A DNA stretch of 63,786 nucleotides from Paraspadella gotoi (lineage: Eukaryota > Animalia > Chaetognatha): the NCBI GenBank assembly GCA_051294375.1, contig CM119267.1:23781003-23844788 (forward strand), given 5' to 3'. The first letter of the stretch is position 1, and each line of letters starts with the position of its first letter. Under the pieces are notes generated by a model. It did not search any database. It worked only from the letters and a program-made list of their open reading frames with translations, and was not told the origin of the DNA. A program made the position numbers and the translations under genes. This document shows, one piece after another, positions 39,508-50,046 of the stretch.

Positions 39508-39547
<40 letters not shown>

Positions 39548-40761
39548 AACAACACATTTTTTTCCTTAACATTTTTAGGGCGACGTTTTCGAGGAAAACT
39601 ACTTTCGTTTTTCGCGTTTCAAGTTTCGTCGTCTCATATTACTCTTTCCCACTTCTCTGCCTTCTCCCTTCTTCCTTGTCCTTCTCCCCCCTCTTCTCCC
39701 CCCCATCCTCCTCCACCTCCTCCTCTTCGCTCTCTTCCTCTTCCTTACTCTCCCCTTCTCTCCCTCCACCTTCCTCTTCTCTTCTCCTAGGACTCCTCTT
39801 CCTTCTCCCCCTTCTCTCTCCCCGCATGCCTCCTCCACCTTTCCCCTTCCTTCTCCTCTCCTCTTCCTTCTCCCCCTCTTTCTCCGCCACCGGCGCGCGC
39901 CATTTTTGTCCATTTTCGAAAAATTTCACACTTTGTTGCGAGCACGANNNNNNNNNNNNNNNNNNNNNNNNNNNNNNNNNNNNNNNNNNNNNNNNNNNNN
40001 NNNNNNNNNNNNNNNNNNNNNNNNNNNNNNNNNNNNNNNNNNNNNNNNNNNNNNNNNNNNNNNNNNNNNNNNNNNNNNNNNNNNNNNNNNNNNNNNNNNN
40101 NNNNNNNNNNNNNNNNNNNNNNNNNNNNNNNNNNNNNNNNNNNNNNNNNNNNNNNNNNNNNNNNNNNNNNNNNNNNNNNNNNNNNNNNNNNNNNNNNNNN
40201 NNNNNNNNNNNNNNNNNNNNNNNNNNNNNNNNNNNNNNNNNNNNNNNNNNNNNNNNNNNNNNNNNNNNNNNNNNNNNNNNNNNNNNNNNNNNNNNNNNNN
40301 NNNNNNNNNNNNNNNNNNNNNNNNNNNNNNNNNNNNNNNNNNNNNNNNNNNNNNNNNNNNNNNNNNNNNNNNNNNNNNNNNNNNNNNNNNNNNNNNNNNN
40401 NNNNNNNNNNNNNNNNNNNNNNNNNNNNNNNNNNNNNNNNNNNNNNNNNNNNNNNNNNNNNNNNNNNNNNNNNNNNNNNNNNNNNNNNNNNNNNNNNNNN
40501 NNNNNNNNNNNNNNNNNNNNNNNNNNNNNNNNNNNNNNNNNNNNNNNNNNNNNNNNNNNNNNNNNNNNNNNNNNNNNNNNNNNNNNNNNNNNNNNNNNNN
40601 NNNNNNNNNNNNNNNNNNNNNNNNNNNNNNNNNNNNNNNNNNNNNNNNNNNNNNNNNNNNGAAAGAATATTTTTTGGGAGGAAAGAATTTGCTTTGTCAG
40701 TCTTTACAAAGTAATGTAGGAACTTATACTGGGTTTAAGATCGCTGTTTCATTATCACTCC

Positions 40762-40797
<36 letters not shown>

Positions 40798-41308
40798 TTC
40801 TCTCTCTCTCTATCTCTCTCTCTCATACGATTAAGTATTTCAAATTTTTTTAGCTTCTCTTTAGTTTAAACATTATTATTTTTTCCTTGGTGCGAAATTG
40901 TAAAAGTAAAATGTAACTTTACATTTCGCCATTTTGTTTTTCTACTTTTTTCCCCATAAATTTCTCTTTCGAGTTTTTCCTCAACGGCTCCTTTTGCTTT
41001 TCTTTTCTTCAATCTTCTTTGTTATCCTCTTTTTTTATTTTCATTTTTATGCTGCTTTGTTACGGCCTTTTTTTTAAAAATAGCTTTGCTCACTTGCTTT
41101 TCTTGTTTATTCCTGTCTTTTTTTCTTCATCCTTGCTCGCTTTTTATCTTCTATTCTCTGCTTTTTTTCTCTCTATCGCCGCTTCTTTCGTAGCTTTTTT
41201 TCGCTTTTTTTTCGCTTTCTCCCCGCTTCTTCCTTCGCTCTTATTTCGCTTTTTTTCCCGCTCTTCTTTGCAGCAAAAAAAAAAAGAAAGAAAAAGAANN
41301 NNNNNNNN

Positions 41309-41580
41309 GCGTTCACTTTTCCGTCGGTCCGTCGGTCCGTCGGTATGTCAGTCCATCGGTCTGTCTCACTTACGTTAAAAATGCATATAATTTGCCTATA
41401 GTTGGTTGCTTATTTGTTAGCGCCAGCGCCGCATTCAAGAATTCCTAAAACTATAAGGAATAAAAGACGGAATTTTGATGCAGTCATAAATACATGGGCA
41501 AAGAGAGTTTTTTAGTCATGTCATGTCATGTCACATCCTGCGAAAATAAAGTCATTGCATTGGAATTACCGTTCTTGTTT
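41309..41580 (+). mobile_element. Short interspersed non-autonomous element (same family as 44361-44960)
   Basis: cacttttccgtcggtccgtcggtc...cacttacgttaaaaat...gcctatagttggttgct...gatgcagt...(catgt)n...gaattaccgttct. Confidence 0.7.
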
Positions 41581-41750
41581 CTTTTCTTTTCTCTTCTTAC
41601 TTTTTTTTCTCTCTTATTTTTTTACATCTTTCTCACAACAGTAACAATTTATTTTTTAGTTCCACAATATAAATAACTTTTTTCTATTCTGTCAATAATA
41701 AAAGTGGTACAACCAATATATTAATTAACTATTCATTGCATGAAAAATCC

Positions 41751-42160
41751 TTTTAATGTTTACTTCGTCTCTCACAAGATGAAGTGCCTCGCAAACGTCG
41801 AAAATGTCTCCCAGTCTAGTTCATTAAATAAAAGATATTCCTTATCAGCAATGAAGTTTTTTAACATTTTTATGTATATATTTTCCTAATGCTTTCTTTC
41901 TTATTTCTCCCCATCATTATCTTTCTTCCCATCTCTTTCCTTCATCTTCTCTCTTTCTATCTTTTCCCTCTTGACTTGAAGAGTCAGATCATAAATTTCA
42001 CTTTTTTGTCTTATCACTGTCTATGTGTCTGTCTCTCGTCTGTAAGAGATTCTTTTTTCCAGCCACATTCTCTCTCTCTCTCGTATCTTCTCTCATTCTC
42101 TCTCTCTGCTCTCTCTCATCTTCTCTCTCTCTCTTCTCTCCTCTCTCTCCTCAAACCTTT
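41751..42160 (+). repeat. ~410-bp direct repeat, second copy at 43213-43623
   Basis: ctcacaagatgaagtgcctcgcaaacgtcg ... ctcaaaccttt present in both copies, which flank the integrase fragment. Confidence 0.9.
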
Positions 42161-42499
42161 GCGCTCAAGCACTAGAATTTCCCTCACTCTCAGACGCCAG
42201 TGTATAACGGTGATGTAGTGTAGAGTTAAAAACCTTCAAGTAACAGTAATAAAATAAACAAACATATTTCTCTAGTTCATGTCAATAACATACTTAGTAG
42301 GCATTCTCCGAAGACAGGAGTTGTGAAAAAATTACTTAAATCTTCTGCTCGCCAGCGTTTGATTCCATAGGCGCGTTGCAAACTTCAGTATACAACCTTT
42401 TCGTCAACATCCTGACGAACGCTAAGCAAAGCATCATTGTTATACTGTTACGATGCCAGATTCACGCGCGCACCGGACCTCTCTTACACTCCCCCGCTG

Positions 42500-43170
42500 T
42501 ATGTACACGGGACACTAATACATGAAGAGAGTCATCCGCACCGCTGCTCTGTCGGCCCGAATGCTCATTAGAGCCGTCTGCAAATTGTCCCACTCCAGCA
42601 TGCAACCCGAGTTTTTATCCCCCATGAGTTTCAGGCTCGCTTGGACGACCGCATTGAAGTACGCTGACGGGCCCCTTGGCATCTCCTAGGGGGGATTGAA
42701 AACCCCAGCCAACTCAGTTGGCTCCAAAATTTGATGGAGGCGCCAAACTCCCCCCTCTGGCATCCCGAAGCGCGCCAACCGATCACGGCGTTCGATCTCT
42801 GGCGTGGTTTTTTCCTTCTCGACGATTTTTTGCTTGTGCAACCGGCGTCGTCCTCCTATGATGATGCCACTGCCTTATTGTTCGCCTCCCCCCGCTTGCC
42901 GTTCATGCGGCCACCCGGCATTTTCCGATGTCCGTTCTTCTCTCTGCGTCAATCATCTTGTCTTGGGGGGTATTACTTCGGCATCGCGAGGTCACAGGAA
43001 AGAGATGAGGTGCATGTTTGGGTGCAGAAACCGTATCACCATTGAAAGTTTGCTTTACCTTGGAATTCCCCCCCGCTCTTGCTTTCACAAGATTAATCAA
43101 TTTGTTCAAACTCTGACTCACTCAGTTTCACGTAGCTTTTTCAAAGACTTGTTCAAGCCTTAGTTCAAGC
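42500..43170 (-). pseudogene. Retrotransposon integrase fragment (degenerate zinc-binding region plus catalytic core), frameshifted
   Basis: Minus-strand reading across frames: LEQVFEKL..KLINLVKARA..KVKQTF..KHAPHLFPV, DIGKMP, GGEF, FSIP..CQGA..FNAVVQASLKL..EWDNLQTALMSIRA..MTLF (42554-42661). This follows the usual SDxGxEF / GxVERxN / WDxxLxxALxxxR / TPF pattern. Confidence 0.6.
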
Positions 43171-43966
43171 CTCATTCAAATTTCTATAACTTCAGATCTT
43201 TTAAATTTTGGTTTTTAATGTTTCACTTCGCTCTCACAAGATGAAGTGCCTCGCAAACGTCGGAAAAGTGCTCCCAGTCTAGTTCATTAAATAAAAGATA
43301 TTCCTTATCAGCAATGAAGTTTTTTAAACATTTTATTGTATTATATTTTTCAATGCTTTCTTTCTTATTTCTCCCCATCATTATCTTTCTTCCCATCTCT
43401 TTCCTTCACATCTCTCTCTCTTTCTATCTTTTCCCTCTTGACTTGAAGAGTCAGATCATAAGATTTCACTTTTTGTCTTATCACTGTCTATGTGTTCTGT
43501 CTCTTCCGTCTGTAAGAGATTCTTTTTTCCAGCCACATTCTCTCTCTCTCTATTTCTCTCTCTCTCTCTCTCTCTCTCTGCTCTCTCTCTCTCTCTCTCT
43601 CTCCCTCTCTCTCTCAAACCTTTCCTGGTTGTGTGATGTTACTGAGTTGTTTTTTTTAGCTTCCCTGGGCGATTGTAATTTTAAAGTGTAACCTATCCAC
43701 ACTCAAAAGTATTGATAACAAAAAAATACAAAAACAAAGTTTATTTTTGATAATATTCTCTCATTTTTGTCGTCGCGTCGTCGTCGTCGTCGTTATAGTC
43801 ATCGTCTTCCTTTATATCGTCGTCGTCTGTCGTCGTCGTCGTCGTCGTCTTCTTCTTCTTCTTCTTCAGAGTCCGATTTCTATTTCCGTTTTCTTCACGA
43901 ATCTTCAGCTTCGCTTCCGCAAAACGCGGATAACGAACGTCTCTCTTCTCTCTCTCTCTCTCTCGA

Positions 43967-44018
<52 letters not shown>

Positions 44019-44360
44019 TTCTTTTCGCGTCTACTTTTTTGGACCTTTTCTATCAAGGCTTTATTCAACAATTTTCCTCTTAGGATAAATGGAAAGAAAG
44101 AAAGAAAGAAAGAAAGAAAGAAAAAGAACAGGAATAGAAGGAAGAGAAAATAAGACGGGCAGTTCATACGAAAGAAAGAATATAGATAAAGAGTAATGTC
44201 ATCATAGAAAGATTTTCTGTATTAAGAAAGAAGGAAAGAAAGAAAGAGAAAAAAATTACATTTTCTTTTTATCGCTCTCTTTTTTTCCTCCTTGACCAAT
44301 TTAGTGATTTGTCGACAAGTCGTTACCAACTTTTTTTTAAAACGACATTTTTTATATCCG

Positions 44361-44960
44361 TTTTTTAGTTACGCCGCGAGTACTCGCGGAGCAACTCTAT
44401 AAGTCACTTTTCGGTCGGTCGGTCCGTCTGTCGGTCGGCCGATCGGTCGGTCGATCCATTGGTATGTCTGTCCATCGTTCTGTCCCATTTACGTTCAAAA
44501 CGCTTATAACTTACTTATAGTTTGTTGTTCATTTGTTAAAAAACAAATCTAAGCGACTACTGGCTCCTTTTGTTTTTAAAAAAATAAGTAAATAAATTAA
44601 TAAAAAGAAAAGTAATGAGGCGCAACACCTTGGAATAACAGTTCCTTGTTATGCTTATTTTCAGTTATATTATAAGTTAGTCGATATCTATATCTATATC
44701 CGTCGGTTTGTCCCACTTACGTTAAAAATTCATATAATTTGCCTATAGTTGGTTGCTCTTTTGTTAAGACAGAAAAAACCTAAAATCTAAGGGACTGCAA
44801 GCGCCGCGTTCAGGAAATCTAAAAAGAAATAAAATATGGAATTTTGATGCAGTGCATGTCATAAATACACGGACTGAGAAAGCTATAGTAGTCATGTTAG
44901 GTCACGTCATGTCATGTCAAGTCATGTTATGTCGTGTCGCAACACATTTGAATTACCGTT
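44361..44960 (+). mobile_element. Short interspersed element with terminal palindrome and (GTCG)n tract; Helentron/DINE-1-like non-autonomous architecture (inferred); two partial copies
   Basis: ttttttagtt + perfect palindrome ccgcgagtactcgcgg (44374-44389) + aactctataagtcacttttcggtcggtcgg. The body recurs at ~44700-44960, 41309-41580 and 23815-24160(-), with a related head at ~35520-35597(-). Confidence 0.65.
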
Positions 44961-45311
44961 CTTTTTATTATTTTTTTTTCATTATTTTTCCGCATCGCAT
45001 TTTTAACCTTTTTTTTCTCTTCCCATTTTTTTATAGATTTTTTCGTTGGGGATGAAAAGATTTAATATCCGTATTAATCTCTCCCTTTGTCGCCCGCGGC
45101 CTCAGTTTATGGTCATAAGACTTTTAAAAAAAAATAAACTTTTTTAATTAGCGTTCGTTAAAGTTTATAAACTGTTATTTAGTAATGAAAAAAAAACTTT
45201 AAAATTCTCTCGGTTTTTCAAATTAAAAAAAAATTGTTTTCGCTCAATCGAGAAATTTGTCTCGATTAAAAACGAGAAAAAAAGTTAATGTCCATTCATT
45301 CCATCGACGAA

Positions 45312-45355
<44 letters not shown>

Positions 45356-45869
45356 GCGACGACGACGGCGACCGAACGACCCGGTTCTCTGGTTCCGGTC
45401 CTGACAGCGTCCTTCCATTTATTAATTAATTCACTATAAAATTGTGTAGTAAAGAGGCCGGTGGTCAAACGAGGGAAAAAACGTTTCAAAACGATCAATA
45501 GATTTACGCGCAGAATCGGAAGAATAAATTCAGCTTAATATTAAAGCTTTTTAATTCTATGTAACACGTATCTATGAATCGAATTCATTACTAAATTTCT
45601 GGTAAAAAATAACAGTTTGTAGCTATAATTACTAGTTTACTACTCTTTTTAAAAATTTAATTTCAATTTTTATCATCGACTTTTCATTTTCTCTAACATC
45701 TGTCGTCTAATTTCTATTTAACAAAAGAGCATTGAATACATTTTTCTCTTTTTGGAAAATCGATCCGGGGATGAAAACCCTGATTTTGACCCAATTAGAA
45801 AAATTGTTTTCATTTTTAAAAATAGATACAACTGGTTACAGCATATTTTGTAATTTTTTATTCAGTTTT

Positions 45870-46388
45870 CTTCTTTTTTTTTCTTCCAAATGTTTTCTTT
45901 GTTCTCAAGTTTTTTATTCTTTAGCTTTTGTTTCCTTATTTTGTCAACACTGTTTTTCTTTCGTTTCCTGTTCCTTCTTTTTTTCCTTTTTATTTTCCTT
46001 TTCCTTTTTTTTTTACGTTTTCGTTTTCCTTTGTTTATCTTTTCTTTTTTTTACAAATAAAAGGTTCCCTCGACTTATCGGCCATTTTATCCACTGGTTC
46101 CGTTTTTACGTCCCGTTGCATGGCGCTGCGTCACGCCGCGTCACAGTGGGCGACGTTGTCTGGACGAAAGGGGAAAACTTCCCATTTGGGACGAGAAATC
46201 CGAAATGTTCACGGGTCTGAATCACCGACTGTGAATTCTCACATCCAAGGCCTTCACTCACTGATCTCTCTCAACCAACAGCCTTTTCTCCATCATTTCC
46301 CTTCCTTTAACTCTCCTTTCTCTTCCTTTCTCCAGCCCTTTCAACAGCCTTTTCTCCATCATTTCCCTTCCTCTAACTCTCCTTTCTC
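45870..46388 (+). repeat. Segment repeated directly at ~53215-53790
   Basis: cttccaaatgttttctttg...aaataaaaggttccc...cccgttgcatggcgctgcgtcacg...aatcaccgact shared. Confidence 0.88.
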
Positions 46389-46404
46389 AAAAGAGGAGAG
46401 GAGT

Positions 46405-47625
46405 TCGTCGTTTTCCTCCTTGTTTCAACGCCTCAGTTTCCTCTTCTCGTTGTTTGGCTGAAATATCGTCGTCGTCGTCAGTCGTCGTCCGTCGTCGTGT
46501 CGTCCGTCGTTTTTGCACTCTTTTTCACGCCTCAGTTTTCCTTCTTCTTCGTTGTTTGGCTTGAAAACTGTCCGTCGCGTCCGTCGTTCGTCGTCTGTCG
46601 TCGTCGTCGTCCGTCGTGTTTTCTACTCTTTTTCAACGCGTCCAGTTCTCCTCTTCTTCGTGTTTGGCTGAAAATCGTCAGTCGTCGTCGTCGTCGTCAG
46701 TCGTCGTCAGGTCGCGTGTTTTCCCATCTTTCACGCACAACTCACGTCTTCCTCTTTCTTCGTTGTTATGGCTGAAAATCGTCGTTCGGTCGTCGTCGTC
46801 GTCGTCGTCGTCGTCTTAATACGTCAATAGTCGTCGTTTTCCTCTTTTTCACGCTCAGTTTCCTCTTCTTCGTTGTGCTGAAAATCGTCGTCGTGTACGT
46901 CCGTCGTGCGTCGTCGTTGTCTGTTCCCTTTAGATCCAGTCACATGATTCTGATCGTCCGTTTGTCAGTTCTCGTACAATAATGTTGTCACCCGCCTTCA
47001 GTTCTCTTAATTCAGCGTTGCTCAATTGGACTGAAAAATTCGTCGTCGTCGTCGTCGTTCTGTCGTGTCAAATCCGTGTCGTCGTCGTCGTCGTTTTTCC
47101 TCTTTTTCACGCCTCAGTTTCCTCTTCTTCGTTGTTTGACTGAAAAATCGTTCGTCGTGTCGTCGTTACGTCGTCGTCGTTGCGTCGTCGTGTCGTTTCC
47201 TCTTTTTCACGCCTCAGTTTCCTTCTTTCTTCGTTGTTTTGGCTGAAAATCGCTCGTTCGGTCGTCGTCGTCCGTCGTCGTCGTCGTCGTTCGTCGTCGT
47301 CGTCGTCGTTTTCCTCTTTTTCACGCCTCAGTTTCCTCTTCTCGTTGTTTGGGCTGCAAACAATCGTCCGTCGTCGTCGTCGTCTGTTGGTCGTTGCCGT
47401 CGTCGTCGTCGTACTGTGTCGTGCTGTCGCTCTTTTTCCCACGCCGTCAGTTTCCTCTTCTTCGTTTGTTTGGCTGAAAAGTCGTCGTCCGCTCGTCGTC
47501 GTCTATCGTCGTCGCTCGTCGTCGTCGTCGTCGTTTTCCTCTTTTTCACGCCCTCAGTTTCCTCTTCTTCGTTGTTTTGGTGAAAAATGTCTGTCGTTCG
47601 CGTCGTTCCGTCGTCGTCGTCGTCC
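46405..47625 (+). repeat. Array of ~10-11 copies of a ~55-bp unit separated by variable (GTC)n tracts
   Basis: Unit ttttcctctttttcacgcctcagtttcctcttcttcgttgtttggctgaaaatc; a single inverted copy lies at ~58187-58241. Confidence 0.85.
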
Positions 47626-47814
47626 CGTCCGTCGATCGCGCGGTTCCCTCCGTGGTTCCCCGTCCCGTCTCCTTCGCGGACTTTAGTCATATTTTCAGTT
47701 GTTGTTGTTGTCCGTTATCGCCGGTCCTCTCTTTCTTCTTCTTTGTCCGTCAGACTTGTCTGCTGTCTTGGTCGCCGTCGTCGTCTCGTCGGTTCGCTCG
47801 TCGTCGTCGTCGTT

Positions 47815-49995
47815 GTTGTCATGCCTTTGCAAAAGTAGACATGACTGGAGATCAATTTGTTAAACGTAGAAAGTTCGAGTTATGGAATGACAATTGGACA
47901 AAGGGAATGCGGGAGTGGGAAAAGGAAAAAATAATATATTGAGAATAGTATGATTATAGATAGATAGATAGATAGTAGATAGATAGATAGATAGAAATGA
48001 TAGATAGATAGATAGATAGAAGATAGAAGGTAATCGATAGATAAGATATAGTTTTGTAACGACTAGATTAGATAAATAGAAAACCAAACTGCAAAACAAA
48101 TCCATCACCTAAAAATTTTAAAAAATAATTAAAATAGAATCGATAAGAAAAATATACAAAGAAAAATAAAAGTGAAACAAAAAAGATCAGCGAGACGAGA
48201 AAATGATAAATATTATTAAATGACAGAAAAAAAGGGGAAAAAAAAGAGGAAAAGAGCACAATCAAAGGCGGAACAAAGGGATCGACGATGAATGGGGGGC
48301 AAGACGAACGACATGCACGAATGAGGACAGAGTCAGTCAGAGTGAGACAGAGTGTGAAAAGGGGCACAATAGAAGAGAGAGAGATGGAGATTTAAGGTTG
48401 AAGAAAAAAGTAATTTTGATTTGAGAGAAATCAAGTAGGGATTCGTTTGAGGGTTAAAGGTGCATTGAGCCTTTTTAAAGATGAGAAAAAGATGGAGAGA
48501 GAAGGAGAGAGAGAAGAGTAGAGAGAGAGAGAAGAGAGAGAGACGAGAGAGAGACCAGAGAGAGCAGACCGAGAGAGAGTGAGAGAGCAAGGCGTCATGA
48601 ATTCCATTATCGCGCGTGCTGCGAAGTGAACAGATGGGAACGGTGTATCAGGTGGGAAAGCCGGATGAGAACGACGCGACGACCGACGACGAAACGGACT
48701 GACGACCAACGACAAGCATACACAACGAAAGTTAATAGTCGACAGCCTCCAAGAGCACCAACTATCTGCGCGTTACAACCTGACCATAATAATAACAATT
48801 AACAATAGCAAAGACCAATTCTATCCGGGCGGGGAGGAGAGAGAGAGAGAGAGACAGAGAGAGAGAGAGACGAGAGAGAGAAAGAGAGAAGAGAACGAGA
48901 GATGAAGAGAGAGAAGTTCGGGGTATAGGTTTATAAAAGTAAAGGGCTGAAAAAGAATGATGACTTCATCCAAGATGTTAAGGCCGGGAAGCTCTTTTGC
49001 TGGAACCTGCTCTCCTCTCTCTCTCTCTTCTCTCTCTCGTCTCCTCTCTCTCTTCCTCTCTCTCTCTCCTCTCTCTCTTCGTTCTTCTGAAATTGGTCGT
49101 AATAGGTCTTGAAGGGAGTGGGAGGCTCCGCGTTCGAAATGACAACAACAACGATTTTTTAAAAAAGTTAAAACGTGAAATTTATTATATATAAATATTT
49201 CTTTAGGTAATTCTATTTATCAACTAATGAAAGAACAAAATGAGTGAGAGTCCTCTTAAATAATAATAATCACAACCTCCTAAGACCATGAACGCCTAAA
49301 AATAAATAAATCTCTGCTAAAAATGAAGGCGAGTTGCTTTTAAAAATATGACATTCAAAGTCTTCTTAAAATGCAACGCGAGTACTTAACAATATAATAC
49401 TAAGCCTAAAATGAAATGCGATATGATTCGCAGGTTCGTCTACCGACGCCCGCAAATTCTCGTTTGAGTCTCAACCTCATTTTTCCCGAGACAAAATCCG
49501 GTGGTCACTGGTCAAAAAATATCGACGTTTGTCCCGCGAATAAAAAAGGGAGGGTGAGAAAAATGGAAGAAGGGTAAGAAATGAAAAGAGGGGAAATGAA
49601 GGAAGGCGTCGAGAATGAAAGGAGGAGGAAAAATGAAGAAGGGAAGGAAATAAAAAGGAAATAGTGAAAATGCGGGAAATGGGACCAAAAGTATATGAGA
49701 ATGAAACGTGGAGAAATAAATAAGGAACTAAAATAAATGAGTGAAAATTGAAGATGAAAAAATAAACAAAGATATATATAAATATATATTAAATATTGTT
49801 ATATACATAAGTATTTAAAATGGAGAAAAAAAAGAATTGATAATTGGAGAAAAAAACTATTTGGCAAAAATTAAACGGAATAAGTATTAATTTTAAAAAA
49901 TGTAACAAATGAGGTAAAAACCATGAGGGAGAAAAAGTGCTGAAGTCGAAGAAAGAAAAGAAAGAAAATGAGACGAAATGAATGAAGAGGGCGAC

Positions 49996-50046
<51 letters not shown>

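Noticed and set aside
39676-40853. Long ORFs containing X runs (also 24811-25447, 35821-37327, 56565-57861, 58486-58758)
   Set aside because: Open only because they cross N gaps.
41751-43623. 410-bp direct repeats as LTRs of a mini-retrotransposon
   Set aside because: No TG...CA ends, PBS or polypurine tract; the repeats contain host-type (CT)n and differ by read-like indels.
46405-47625. CRISPR-like repeat-spacer array
   Set aside because: Spacers are (GTC)n microsatellite of variable length rather than unique sequences; no cas genes; eukaryotic context.
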